DNA from: Podarcis liolepis | Taxonomy: Eukaryota | Reading direction: 5' to 3' (one strand) | Assembly: GCA_965112155.1 (NCBI GenBank) | Contig: OZ218100.1 | Length of the DNA: 64,000 bases | Part shown: positions 49,832 to 63,087 of the stretch, piece after piece | Layout of the letters: every line of letters begins with the position of its first letter | How positions within the stretch are numbered: the stretch's first letter is position 1 | Translations under genes and position numbers: made by a program | The notes under the pieces: model-generated | Databases searched by the model: none | What the model saw: only the letters and a program-made list of their open reading frames with translations | Told to the model about the DNA's origin: nothing

Positions 49832-51399
49832 AGTTTTATATCAAATACATCCCAGGTGAAGGAAAGGTAGAGTATTCAAGACTGTGGACTGAATCACACA
49901 TGGATGTACCTCTTTTAGCTATTACACATTTGATGATGCTCCCTGCGCCCCCCTGGGATGCTCCCCGCTGCTGGCTCACCCCCATGGGTGGCTAGTCCCA
50001 CCCCACAAGCTGCTCCAGGTGCCGGAGCAGCTAGCTCCACTTCTTGGTGGCAGGAGAGGCCTAAGAGGTAAATCTCCAGAGGCAATAAACCTGTGGGGAC
50101 AAATTGCTGGGCATCACAAGTGGGAGAGTTCTGTTACACTCAGGTCTTGCTTGCAGGCTTCCCACAGGCTTCTGGGTAGCTTCTGTTGGAGCAGGATGCT
50201 TGACTTAGATGGACCATTGGCCTGATTCAGGACCAGCAGGCTCTTCTTCTGTGCTTATTCATAAGGTCTGAATACTTGTGAGAATGCTGAGGAACACCCT
50301 TCACTGCCAGCGTACATGGGAGCTGTTCCAATGCCTCCTGTCCCATTTTACTGAACCAACAGCCATTGGATACTCCTAAACCAACGCCTACCTAAGACAT
50401 TTTGCAAGCAGCAAAGAGTGCTTCCTCCCCTAAGTCAAAGCCCACAGTGCTTAAGGCCAACCGAGTTATCATGGTACCTGAGTCAGAAAGCACCACAATC
50501 ACTTCTCTCATTCTCTAACTGTAAAAATTTTTTAACAAGCAATAATAATAAATTACTATTTTTTTATCATTTACCTGAGGCAGCGGCCTCATTCTACCTA
50601 ATGGTACGTTCAGCCCCACATAAAGCTCTCATTAGGAAACAATCTCAGTGGGTTTTTCCTATGCATGTGTGAGAGGATTTGTTCTGGGGTACTGCTGGTC
50701 TGCAGGCAATGCCCTTGAGAGTGTGACCTGCAATAAAACGAATGATTGCCTTATCAGCTGCCAGCCACTCATGCAGGACATTTTCCCTCTGACATTTCAG
50801 TAGCTGGAATGAATTCTGGCTTTCCTGGCTCACTGTGTCAGGGTCTGTAGTGTGGACCAGATGAAACTTTGGATGCACTTCTGTCTTTTCCCAGCTCATT
50901 TTCATTGGGATCTCATGTGTGACCTCAGCAATTGCCCAGTCAGCAAAAGAGGCCTTAGTGAAAGCATTATTCCCCATCTGAGGATGATTGACATTTCTGT
51001 CTGCAAACTACTTGCCCCATTAATATGGCCTTGTCTCTATTTTTAGTGCCATACATTTTCAGAAAAAGGGTCTACTCTTTTGACTTTCTCTGTCAAGGGC
51101 CTGAAAGTGTTGTTTGACCCTTGGAGCCCAAACTAAGGCCAAGAGATACAAGCTTGCTTAAAGTAATAGCTTGCAGCCAATTACTTCAAAGTCACCTTCC
51201 GCCAGCATGCATTCATTCATTCATTCAATCATTTGAAGTATTTATAATCTGCACTTTCATAAAAGTGTAACAAGGTGATTGTACAACACAGTAAATACTG
51301 GGTTGTTAAAAAGCAGGAATTCCTATTGCAAAGGCCCATCTGAACAATTTCATTTTCAGAAGACATCTAAAAGAAGGCTGAGGTGATTTCTGCCGATGA

Positions 51400-51720
51400 G
51401 TATAACATTATTCATGTAGTGTGGAAAAAGTGGATACAATTTTATCCATCTCCCGTATTACTAAGACCCAGGTTCACCCAATTAAGCTAAAGGATGGGGG
51501 AATCAGGATAGAGAAAAGCAAATACTTCGTCCCACAGTGCGTAACTAAACTCTGGCATGTACCGCCACAAGATGTAGTGATGGTCCCTAACGCAGACAGC
51601 TTTGAAGGGCGATAAGACCAAATTCATGGAGGATAAGGCTAGCAAACGCTACTAGTCACGATGGCTATATATTTCCTCCTGTATCAGATGCAATGCACTT
51701 CTGAATATCAATCCTTTAGG
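51400..51720 (+). mobile_element. Old CR1 3' fragment
   Basis: EKVD..TQVHPIKL..KYFVPQCVTKLW..PQDVVM motif. Confidence 0.7.
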
Positions 51721-52140
51721 AGAAGAGTGCAGTCATGGTTGTGTCATAGGAACAAAGGAAGAAGCTGCCTTATACCAAGACAGACCATGGTTCCATCTAG
51801 CTCAGTACTGTTGACACTAACAACAGTTCCTCAGGGTTTGAGGTAGGAATCTTTCCAAACCCGACCTGGAAGTACCAGAGACTGAACTTAGGACCATTTA
51901 AAAGTAGGGCCGGCCCACCCATAAGGCAAGGTGAAGCGACTGCCACAGATGGCAGGTCCACCAGGCCAGCAACTCCCTATGTTGGCCTTTCTTTTCCCCT
52001 TGTTCCTGTTGTAGATCTTCCCTGGCAGGGAGTGAGTCTCTATTTCGGGGTCTGCCTCAGATGCCAAAATGGCTTGAGCCAGCACTGTACCTCTTAGCTA
52101 CGGCTTTTTGTGCTGGCCCGCTTCTAATTTGGCTGGTCAC

Positions 52141-52886
52141 TGTAGCGATCACACAGGGTCCCCGGACGTTTCACCATCTATTGATCCCTGTGCCACCACT
52201 TTATTTCTCGCTGCCACCACCCAGGCCCTACCTGGTACAATACTGAGCCCAGTCAGGGTTAAATTGGAACATAAACTTTTGTTAGTTTATTGCAGTTTTA
52301 CAAGCGTGTGGTTTCATAAACGGTATCGGTCAATTACAAACATGGGGTGCCTATCCAGTCCTATAACTTCCGCTACCTGCTCTCACTCACTAAACCGCCT
52401 CTCAGATATTTACTTGTCAGTGTGGTGTAGGGGTTAAGAGCGGTAGACTCGTAATCTGGTGAACAAGGTTCGCATCTCCGCTCCTCCACATGCAGCTGCT
52501 GGGTGACCTTGGGCCAATCACACTTCTTTGAAGTCTCTCAGCCCCACTCACCTCACAGAGTGTTTGTTGTGGGGGAGGAAGGGAAAGGAGAATGTTAGTA
52601 GCTTTGAGACTCCTTTGGGTAGAGATAAAGCGGGATATCAAATCCAAACTCTTCTTCTTCCTAATTCCTAACTGTTCCTGACTCAGCTTATTTCGCTACA
52701 GTAACTCAACCTCCCCACAGACTCTATCCCAATTCACTCCCACTCCAATCAGCCACCCAACTCCCAACAAACTCCCCCTTTACCCCTCCCAGAGCTGGTT
52801 TTATAGTCCCTCTGACTCCACCCCCCTGGGTTCTGATTGGGTAACTTGTTTAACTATTTCACCTCCAGCACTCTCATATGTTGACA
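52141..52886 (-). mobile_element. Solo LTR (Gypsy/ERV-like) with a nested SINE
   Basis: TG...CA ends, 4-bp TSD TCAC, minus-strand CCAAT (~52835), TATAAA (~52800) and AATAAA (~52288). Confidence 0.8.
52416..52660 (+). mobile_element. Squam3-type SINE
   Basis: TGTGGTGTAGGGGTTAAGAG head, GGGTGACCTTGGGC core, (CTT)n tail. Confidence 0.85.
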
Positions 52887-54006
52887 TCACAGACACTATG
52901 TGAAAAGAACACTGGACTGGATTGGACTGGACTAGACTTTGGTCTGATCAATTAGGTTTTTTCTTAAATTCTACAGCTTTAAAAAATGGCCCTACAGCAT
53001 TCCTTTCCTAATTGATTTCAACATCAAGGATTGGGAACCTGTGGCTCTCCATATGATAATGGCTTAATTCCCATCAGCCCCAAATAGCATAGTCAGGAAC
53101 GATGGGAGCTGTAGACCAAGAACATATGGAGGGCACCGTTTCATAACTCTGATCTACAGGGATTAAAGATGCAGACACATAAAAAGTCATCTTCCTTGTT
53201 TCACATCCTTTCCAGAATTATTCAGGGGAAATTGCCTGTGCTGCTTATGTTTCCATGCAAGTCTTTCTCTTAGCACTTAACAGCTTTCTGACTAATTCTG
53301 AATTAGTTTTATGGGGGAGGGGGAGAGAAGAAGATGATTTCAGTTTCTCTGCACTCCAAACATTTTCCTGCTTGACAGCTCTGCCAGTGTGGGGGAGAGA
53401 TCTGTGATGGCTTGAACTCACGCAATAGAAGTTACTTTTGAAATGTCTTAGCTATTCAAATGCAGATTTTGCTAGCACCACGTATCTGAAAAATTTCCTA
53501 TACAGACCTGTGTAGGGTTTTATTTAAAGCAGGTGTCTGTCTTTTTCAGCATTTGTTTACATGGCCAGAGACACGAGTGTATTCTTTGCACACAGTGGTA
53601 TGTACATGGCGGACTTGGAATTTCCTGTGTGGATGCAATGATCTCTGCAGGAAAATTATGTTCAAAACGAAGAGGACAGAAATAAGACGGTAAATGTAAA
53701 TCAGCTGGAGGAAGTAACTGTCTTTTATGTCCTGAGAATAATCATCTTGCTGAACCACAATTGCTACACAATTGCAATTTTTAGTGGGTGGTTCAGTCAT
53801 CTTCCCTGTCAAATTGTGCTTCTGTTGTGTGAGGATAGCACATCTTTCCAGTACCCAATCAGCAAGATGCAGTCACTGGGAAAAGCGCATTTCTTCTCCT
53901 AGCTACTATGTACTAATATTGTGAAATTACCCTGAGTTAAATACTGTGCATTTTTTGGCACAAAGAAGCGCTTTGGAAGTTAGGGACTTCCCAAGCTTAT
54001 CTTTTT

Positions 54007-54437
54007 ATTATTCTTATTTTTATTTTTTTCCATTTCCCCCCCCCAAAAAAAGATCTTTATTGAAACTTAACATATATACATAATAACCAAAATTCCCAAT
54101 GATTCCCTCACATAAAATATAATATCTAAATTACAACAGCTACTTAATTATACACTTAATTAAAAACCCACCACCCACCCTCTACTTCCCGCCACAGCAA
54201 TTTGACTTTCTTTATATTTCTTTCTACCTTTTTTCCTTGCATTCTATAATAAGTTATTTTTGTTACATTCTGATTTTTCCTTCTTTCTTTATTGTTATTG
54301 CTTACATTTTTTTTATTCTAAGCCTATTAGCATGTCATTTTTAGAACAATATTTTGACATGTAATCTTCAAAATACTTCCACTCCATTCTTAACTTTTGA
54401 TTTGATTGATATCTTATAATTGAAGTTAATTTTGCCA
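54007..54437 (-). mobile_element. L1 3' end fragment
   Basis: LAKLT..EWKYFEDY ORF2 terminus, AT-rich 3' UTR, AATAAA; flanked by a 45-bp direct repeat. Confidence 0.75.
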
Positions 54438-55036
54438 AAAGAAGCGCTTTGGAGGTTAGGAGCTTTCCAAGTTTATCTTTTTCGTGCTGCCCTCCTTCCA
54501 GATAATCTGCTGCGCTAACACCGTTTTTGTTTTGAAACCACAGCGTCACAATAGTAACAGCAGCACAATCACACAGCTGATTAGATTTAGCAATCTGACC
54601 TAACTTGGGGAAAGTAAGATCATTCAGAATGAGGGAAATGCTCTCACTCTGAATGAGCTTCATTTGTTCTCAAAGGCGTTGTCAAGGATGCGACTATGTT
54701 GCTGTTATGAAGAAAAAGGACAAAGGAAAGAAAAAGTCGTGTTTGGAGCTTCAGCCAATCAGAGCTGCAAAGAGATTCACAATGGATGCTGTTTCCTGAA
54801 TGCTAGGTGTGTGGAGGGCACAGTGATGAGGGGGTGCCTTCTCTCTTCATTATCTCTGGGCAATCACTGAGTCACTGAAAAAGGAGGGTGCTTTTCATGG
54901 CAAGAGAAGAATAAAAGTCTTCAAACCTCCCACTGGCTGGCCTACCTTGGTTTGGCTCGACCCAACTGGGCCCATCACAGGGAGAGCCCTCAGACACTGA
55001 AACCTTTGACAATTGAACAGTTTTTAAAAGAATATA

Positions 55037-55247
55037 CAGTGGTACCTCGGGTTACAGGCGCTTCAGGTTACAGACTCCGCTAACCCAGAAATAGTACCTC
55101 GGGTTAAGAACTTTGCTTCAGAATGAGAACAGAAATCGCATGGTGGCAGCGGGAGGCCTCCATTAGCTAAAGTGGTACCTCAGGTTAAGAACAGTTTCAG
55201 GTTAAAAACGGACCTCCAGAATGAATTAAGTTCTTAACCCAAGGCAC

Positions 55248-55252
<5 letters not shown>
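55037..55252. mobile_element. Tigger-like MITE followed by (TG)n
   Basis: Same family as 12780-12986. Confidence 0.85.
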
Positions 55253-55281
<29 letters not shown>

Positions 55282-57259
55282 CCCCTTCACCCCCACTTTT
55301 GTGTCACTTGACATGATAAAGGTTTTGTCCAACTGTAGATTGGAGGAGGGTTTCTTATGCACCAACATCTTTGCTTTTTGTTTTACAACCCAAAACTACA
55401 TCGGGGCATAACCAGAAAGGAGTGGGAGGAAGCCAGAGTTGGCAATTCTTGAAATAATTATTCCTGAATGAGTGAAATAATTCTGGTACCTGGGGGAGGG
55501 TTAGAGGTAGAGCCCCCAGTGCATCATTTGCAGCTCTGTGGCTTTTTTTGCAGGTTGGGGTCTGGATTCAACACATTTCTGTGAACTAAGACTTGTATGT
55601 AACAACATACAACACTTTTTTGCAGGCTACTAACTTCTGTGGGATTGTTTAGTTGGTTATATTCACCAATGCTGTGCGGCCCAAACAAAACTACATGCTA
55701 AGGGGGAAAAGCCCGTCGTGTTTTTCTGGCAACTGGCCCAGAAACATGCGAGACAATCCTGGCTTGACTAGGCTTCCTCCTCCACCCCACCCCGATTAGC
55801 TGAAAGCCTAGTGACTGCCTGCTCCTGAAGAACTAATTACACATTCCCTCTCATTTGTAGCACATTGTTTTCCTTTCTGCCTGTGTGTGCAGGGTACGCG
55901 CATAACAAAACAGCATTTTCTTATTTTCCCCAGCCTTCCAAATATTATTCTTCCATGACTCCACTGAATGGATGCGCAGGCAAAAGGGTGTTCAGTCCAG
56001 AAGAGAGAACAGTGCAAAGGCAGAGACACAGAAGTCGTGCTGCCCTCTAGTGCACAAAATAACAATAGCATTTGGAGCATGCTATTTTCTAGAGAAAGCA
56101 CAGAAAAGGTACAGTAGGTGTTTTTGTGAGGAGATATAATAAAGCACAAATGAAGGCATATCCTTGCCATAATTAGTCTATAAGATCCCTCTTTGTTCTC
56201 AATTTAAACACAACAAGCAAAACAGCAATGTACGTTTGGAATCAAGTAAAATGGCTCTGTGCAAAATCACTTGGGTGAAGACATTTCATTCAGTGATGTG
56301 TGTGGTGTGAGAAAATTTCATGAACAGCTCTGGTTCTTGCAGTACGCCCATCTTTCAACCCTGTACGTCTTTCAACCCTTCACAAAATATCCTCATGGAG
56401 GAAACACATGCAAGCAAAAACAAATGCCCCCTTCTCTACCTTTGCCGTTTGTTTGGGCTGCAATCCTAAGCATACTTACCAGAAAGTACGCCCCATTAAA
56501 CTCCATGAGACATTCTTCTGAATACACAATATTAAGACTGCATTGTGAGATTCAGAAGTAAGAGTGTGAAATGAAAGGGGAGATGGGTCGATTGAATCTT
56601 TTGACCTCATACTCATACTGTGACCCCTAACTGGCTGTGAAAATAAATACACATGCAGAGGAAAATTAAATAAGAGAAGATCGGGATGGTGTGCACCACA
56701 GCAATGGGGAGGGCAACTAGATTGCAATGGACAATATCACAAAGTGCCTATTTACTTTTTTTAATCCTTCATAATAATTATACAACCATGTCATAAACAC
56801 AGTGAGATCATCGGTTTTTTATTCATTGAAGGGATTTGTGCCTTTGGCTTGTGCACCTACCAAGCAGATCCATTTGTTTATAATAATAGTCACTCTGTGT
56901 GCAGAAGCAATGAGTCGGCTGAAATAGAGGTGGTCCTGATAAATCATGGCATGTAGCCTGAGCCATAGCAGTGAGGAGAGCGGTGCTCTGCCATCCATAA
57001 AAGGCATCTCCTCATTGTACAACATTCTGTGGAGTGTATGTGGCCTGTTATTATTAATACCCATTCCCGTAGCACTTTAAATGTGGAGAATCCTTTAAAA
57101 ACTCTCCCTGTTCATCCCAGTCATCCCGAGACACAGAAATGTGGTTGTGCAGAGGTTTGACTCAAAGCTTTCCAAGCCAAAATTCAACATCCAACCCACT
57201 AAACCACAAACAGGCCCCCTTTTTGTTAGGACTATCCTTCCTGCACACTATTAATAGCA

Positions 57260-57413
57260 TGCACACTTCTTCAGATACACTGAAGAAGTGTGCATGCACA
57301 CGAAAGTTTATACCCAGAACAAACTTAGTTGGTCTCTAAGGTGCTACTGGACAATTTTTAATTTTTTTTCATTTATTTCGACTGCGTCAGACCAACACGG
57401 TTACCTACCTGAA
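57260..57413 (+). mobile_element. Penelope-like relic with hammerhead motif and inverted 5' copy
   Basis: CTGAAGAAGTGTGCATGCACACGAAAGTTTATACC...TAAGGTGCTACTGG...CAACACGG; TSD ACTAT(T/A)AATAGCA at 57247 and 57414. Confidence 0.85.
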
Positions 57414-57771
57414 ACTATAAATAGCAGTTTTACATTTCTATGCATTTACATCGGACCATTTATCAGTTCCTTCAAGCATGTGTGTGTACGTGTGTGTGCA
57501 ATATTACATTTGCATTCCCTTCCATCGCAGAGCAATAGCAAAGCCATCAAAACCAAAATAAGCAACAAAAAGAGCATGTCAAAAATGACTCTTAAAATCC
57601 TTCACAGAAAGCACAACATTCCCAGCCAAACTCTCAAAATTCAGGCACTGATGCACAGAGGAGTAGCAGGGACAGCTGTACCTTCCTAGCTAGAAGAGAG
57701 AGAAATGTCAAATGTAAACAGTCAGAAAAACCTTCAGATGCAGCTCTTGCTACCCAAGTGTGTGTGACCAG

Positions 57772-58124
57772 GTAAAGGTAAAGGGACCCCTGACCATTAG
57801 GTCCAGTCGTGACCGACTCATGGGTTGCGGCGCTCATCTCGCTTTATTGGCCGAGGGAGCCGGCGTACAGCTTCCGGGTCATGTGGCCAGCATGACTAAG
57901 CCGCTTCTGGCAAACCAGAGCAGCGCATGGAAATGCCGTTTACCTTCCCGCCGGAGCAGTACCTATTTATCTACTTGCACTTTGACATGCTTTCGAACTG
58001 CTAGGTTGGCAGAAGCAGGGACCGAGCAAAGGGAGCTCACCCCGTCACGGGGATTTGAACCACTGACCTTCTGATCGGCAAGTCCTAGGCTCTGTGGTTT
58101 AACCCACAGCACCACCCGCGTCCC
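57772..58124 (-). mobile_element. Sauria SINE (Squam1)
   Basis: Full length; TSD GT(G/T)TGTGACCAG. Confidence 0.95.
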
Positions 58125-61100
58125 GTTTGTGACCAGAAGAAGCATTAAATACACTGAGGAGGGTGCTGTAGGAATCAATGTGGGTTTGCACTGCCCTACT
58201 CCACCACCCCAGCCTGCCTGTGGATACAAGCTTCAATTTAAATAAGTGTCTTACCCAGGCATGGTCAGAGCATTTACTAGCAAATCCATAAGACAATTCC
58301 AAATTCTCAAGGATCTGAGCTGCAGTATCACCCTTCTTGAAGTGGACTATCTGGGTATCGAAAATACTGCTCAGAACAGTTTTCAGATCCTCTATCTTTC
58401 TTGGGATTGCAATTCATGTTAGGGATGCACCAATGTTCACTTGTTCCAATATGGGAGTGAATGCAATGCTTCGGGGCCACAGTATTCACTGAGCTCTCAC
58501 ACATGCACACACATTTCCTGATAGGCTTTTGCTTCGGTGCCATTCTCATTAAGCCGGGTCTGCTTCTTGGGACCAGTGATTCCAATCAATAGAGAACCAT
58601 ACAGTTCACATAAGGATATCACAGGGCTAGGCAACCAATCAGACCTAAGAGTGAGGGCAATGCTTCTTTCATCAGCATTGCCCCAAGTTTTGAACTGATG
58701 GGTTTAGCTCCTTTTCTGGCTCTTAATTGTCACAGCTCCATCGCATCACACATCCTGTTTCTAACCTGAATATTGAATGTATGGAAGATCTGCCGTGCCC
58801 CCATCCCTGCGTTATCTAAGTGTCACATGCAAGTGTGGAAGTGTGGGTTTTCGACTGCTATTTCCAAAGGCTGTTATCAGCTCAACTCTTTGCTGCTGTT
58901 GAGTAAAGGATACAGGTAACAGAGGAAGTAGCATCGCTTTGTATCTCTTTAAATCTGTTGCAACTGCGGTTGCCAATAGATGCAACAGTCACCCACCCCA
59001 ATTCTCTTCTCCAGCAACCCACAGAACATCAATGATACATTGCAGCAAAATTCAAATAAACCTAAAATGACAAATGTCACCAAAAGATGAAAAAGACAAA
59101 ATCACTGTGGAGGAAATGAGCAGCTTAGTGAAAGTATCTCTGAAGAATTCCAGGTTGAGAAGAACGCCAAGTTATAAAACTTAAATCACATCATATTAAC
59201 ACTATATGGAGAAGATAACTTGATGAGGCAAGGGCCCTTTATAATAGCTAGGAATGTAATTCAAAATTATTTTGGCATGTTTCTATTGATATATTTTATT
59301 TTATAAGATATAGATAATTAGTTGGGCTGTGCCGAATATTCTCCATATTCTCTAGGCCACAAGCAGTAGATCATAGGGGGGATGCTTGGGGATATTTTTA
59401 AAATAATTTGCTTGGGCAAATAGTCATCTTTTGTATCCTGTTTGGCACCATTGTTTCCCACCACTGTTTTGACACAGTGTTTCTCAACTCTGAATATCCC
59501 TTCCTTCTGCTTCCAAGACTGGTCACATGCATGACACCAGCCAATCACCATATAGTAAACAGGATGATGTCACAATGCAAAATAGTCAGATATGGCCATG
59601 TGATTATGTCACTGATAGTAAGAAAGGGCAATAAGAATGAAACAAACATTTTTGGAAGCAATGCCAATGAAGCTGTTGAAAAACATGAGTGCTTTTTTTA
59701 ACACTGCAGAAAATGATCCTAATAAATTCGGCTCAGCCCTTCTAATTACTGTTATTTTATTAAATTTCCAAATAGCAAATGATTATATACTATACCAGTT
59801 AACTGCTGCAGAGTGCGCTGCATCAGGCATTTCTGCGCCACAAAAGTACTTTCTGAGTTTGTTCCTATAAAGATAGCAAACAAAAGAGAAGGGTCACAAT
59901 ATCCTTAGGCAAAGGGAATTCTAGATTTAAATTCTACCGTTTATTCTTCCCCTTTTCTGTCAGCCATTGGTGCAAATGTTTTTCTCCTTCACTGGCTGTA
60001 TTTTATTAAAAAAAATACTTCTACATCACCTTTCTAGGCAATGCCTGTCCAAGGCAGCTTACAGCAGTAAAAAAAATAAAATACACAATTTCTAATGAAT
60101 GGGATATAGTCTCAAGTGCCAAGTTCATACGAATAACAATTGCAGAACTCACATATCAATCACACCATCATCAGCAGTAATAATAGCAGCAGCAATAGTA
60201 GTATTTATTTATTTAAATGTTATTAAATTCTTTCAACATATAACTGCATCCTATAGATAAATAGAGAGGAAGAGACACAGTTACAGAAAGCAAGGACTGA
60301 ACATTCCACGCATCAGATGATGCATGGAGAGTTCAATCCTGCTTTGTGCCACATCTCTGCCCACCCCAGTGGGATGACCCATCTGCCAATTTTGTGATGT
60401 CAATAGGTTGTCAGATGGCTGGGAGGTGGGTGGCCAAAATAGCTTCTTTTAAACTTCTGTGTCCTATCAATATACAGTATCACAAGTAAATAAAAATTAT
60501 TGTGGGTATATAAATAATATATTGAAATGCTGTTGCACGACAAATCTTTCCTATTATCCTTGCTGAAATTTGAGATTCCAAAGTCTGCCACTGCTGCGGA
60601 TGCTGCCTGAAGTGGCTGCCCCTTTGCCTTATGGGGGTGGCAGTCATGGGGGTGGGGGTATAAAGATCTGGCCTGCTGGTCCAAAAAGGTTCCCAATCCC
60701 TGCCATACACCCTACACTGAGTAGAGGGTTGAACTAGATGACCTCATGGTCCACTCTAAAATTACATCATTCCATGCTAGCATAAAGATAACTGCATAAA
60801 CTTGGGAAACAAAACGAGAGGATATAAAGCTTGTCCACTGCAGCACCACATCATAAATAATGCATTCCCAGCCAATTCTGTTTTGAAGTTCCTACTTGGA
60901 TAAAAAGAACTAAATCAAAAACCTTCAGTCAACAAGCTACATTGATTTCTGTACAGAATTATTATACAATAGACTTAAAATTCCAGACTTTGGGTTAGAC
61001 TGTTGACTTGGGAGCAAACAAATCTTGGGCTTAGCAAGTTATTTATGAAAATATTAAAAAGATTCTAATCCATCCTCCAATAAATTATGCCAAATATTAA

Positions 61101-61487
61101 ATTGCCAGCATAACAGCAAATCTGTCCCCTACTCCTCTAATCCAGGCTGCTTTTCCTTCAAAGCTTATTTCGCTACTAGGCTACACAAACATGTGTGTCT
61201 TCCAATCGACCATGTGTTGCAACAGACTGCCTGTTCTTGGTGGGCAATTTAGGACAAGATGCAAAAAGTCTATGAAGAATAGTTAGAAATGAAGCAGTGG
61301 TGTCCAGATTTTAGCGATAAAAGTGGGTATTAAGTGCACACTCGCAGTGCAATTAAACATACGTTTTCTTGGAAGTAAGGTCCACTCTATTCAATGGGAT
61401 ATCCTCCCTAGTATGTGTGCTTGGGATTGCAGTCTTGGACTACAGTCTCCTCTCATATAGTCATGTCCTGCTTGTAGGCTTCCCATG

Positions 61488-61644
61488 CAGTGGCGTAGCG
61501 TGGGTTGTCAGCACCTGGGGCAAGGCAAGTAATTTGCGCCCCCTAACCCATGGATTTGCGCCCCCTAACCCGTGGATTTGCCTAACCCCTCATGTTGCGC
61601 CCGGTGCGGCCGGCCCCCCCTGCACCCCCCACGCTACGCCACTG
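61488..61644. mobile_element. Young hAT MITE
   Basis: TIR CAGTGGCGTAGCGTGGG; perfect TSD TTCCCATG. Confidence 0.9.
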
Positions 61645-61779
61645 TTCCCATGGGCACCTGCTTATGAAGAAAATGCTAGGCTGTGGGCTCATCCACACTT
61701 CCTAGTTGTCCCATGCCTAGAAAGCATGAGGTTGAGCAGTTGAACTGCCATCCAGCATACTCCTTCACTCTTGGTTGAC

Positions 61780-62120
61780 TTCTTGGTCCTGTATACCTGA
61801 AGGAGCGTCTCCACCCCCATCGTTCGGCCCAGACACTGAGATCCAACGCCGAGGGCCTTCTGGTGGTTCCCTCATTGCAAGAAGTGAGGTTACAGGGAAC
61901 CAGACAGAGGGCCTTCTCGGTAGTGGCGCCTGCCCTGTGGAACGCCCTCCCTTCAGATGTGAAGGAAATAAGCAGCTATCTTATCTTTAAAAGACATCTG
62001 AAGGCAGGCCTGTTTAGGGAAGTTTTTAATATTTAATGCTGTATTGTTTTTAACACTCAGTTGGAAGCCACCCAGAGTGGCTGGGGAAACTCAGCCAGAT
62101 GGGTGGGGTATAAATAATAA

Positions 62121-62150
<30 letters not shown>
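61780..62150 (+). mobile_element. L2 LINE 3' end with (TTA)n tail
   Basis: LGPVYLKERL..RAFSVVAPALWNALP motif. Confidence 0.88.
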
Positions 62151-62153
<3 letters not shown>

Positions 62154-62519
62154 TGGGATTGCAGCAAGTTGCCTCCAGACTGCCAGTATTTTGCAACGAT
62201 TCAATTCAAGCAAATACTGGAAATGTAGGCAGTTCAAACCACTCTGTTGTTCTAGCGCAACAGATCCACTTTTTTAATTAAAAAAAAACAGACTTTTGCA
62301 GTGAGGAAAATGATGGGGAATGAACTGAAAAGTGACAGATGATTGACAAGAAGACACGTAACTACCATGCAAGCAAATCAGAACGAATTCAGGATGAGTG
62401 CTCAAGCTAGAGAACCTCCCTGCAAAAAATTCAGAATGAACGCTCCTTAAAGACGAGACATAGCCTAAACTCTGCATAAGCTTTGTACAGATGAATCAGG
62501 ATGATAAAAAAATGATCAC

Positions 62520-63025
62520 AGGTTGGAGAATCTCCCCATGAGGAAAGGTTGCAATATTGAAGACTTTTTAGAAATGTGAGTAAGATAAAATTTATAAAAC
62601 CCTGCATGGCATGAAGGAAATTGTTTATGCTTCTCTTGTAACACTAGAACTCATGGACTAGAACTCCAATGAAGCTGAGTGCTAACAGATGGTTAAAAGA
62701 AAATACTTCTGCATGCAGCACATAATTCAATGATGGAACTCACAGGAGGCAGTGATGGCCATCAACTTGGATGGATTCAAAAAAGGATTAGATAAATTCA
62801 CAGAGTATAAGGTTGCCAGTGGCTGCTAAGTGTGATGGCTATGCTCTGCCTCCACAGTCAGAGATGCTTCCAAATACCAGTTGTCGGGCATCACAAATGC
62901 AGGGAGTTATGCTGTACTTGGGTCCTGTTTTCTAGCTTCCCATAGGCAGCTAGTTGGCCAAAGGGACAACAGGATGCTGGACGAAATGGGCCACTGGTCC
63001 GATCCAACAGGCTCATATTATGCTC
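62520..63025 (+). mobile_element. Old CR1 3' fragment with 3' UTR
   Basis: Similar to 51400-51720 and 50090-50250. Confidence 0.65.
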
Positions 63026-63087
63026 TAAAGCTTGTAACAGGTTGTCTGGAGGAATCTATCTGCAGAATTCCATAGAGATATCTATGT

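Noticed and set aside
50645-50977. 110-aa ATG ORF on the PDE10A strand (MGNNAF...)
   Set aside because: No homology recognised and no convincing donor seen before its stop, so it is not supportable as an alternative coding first exon.
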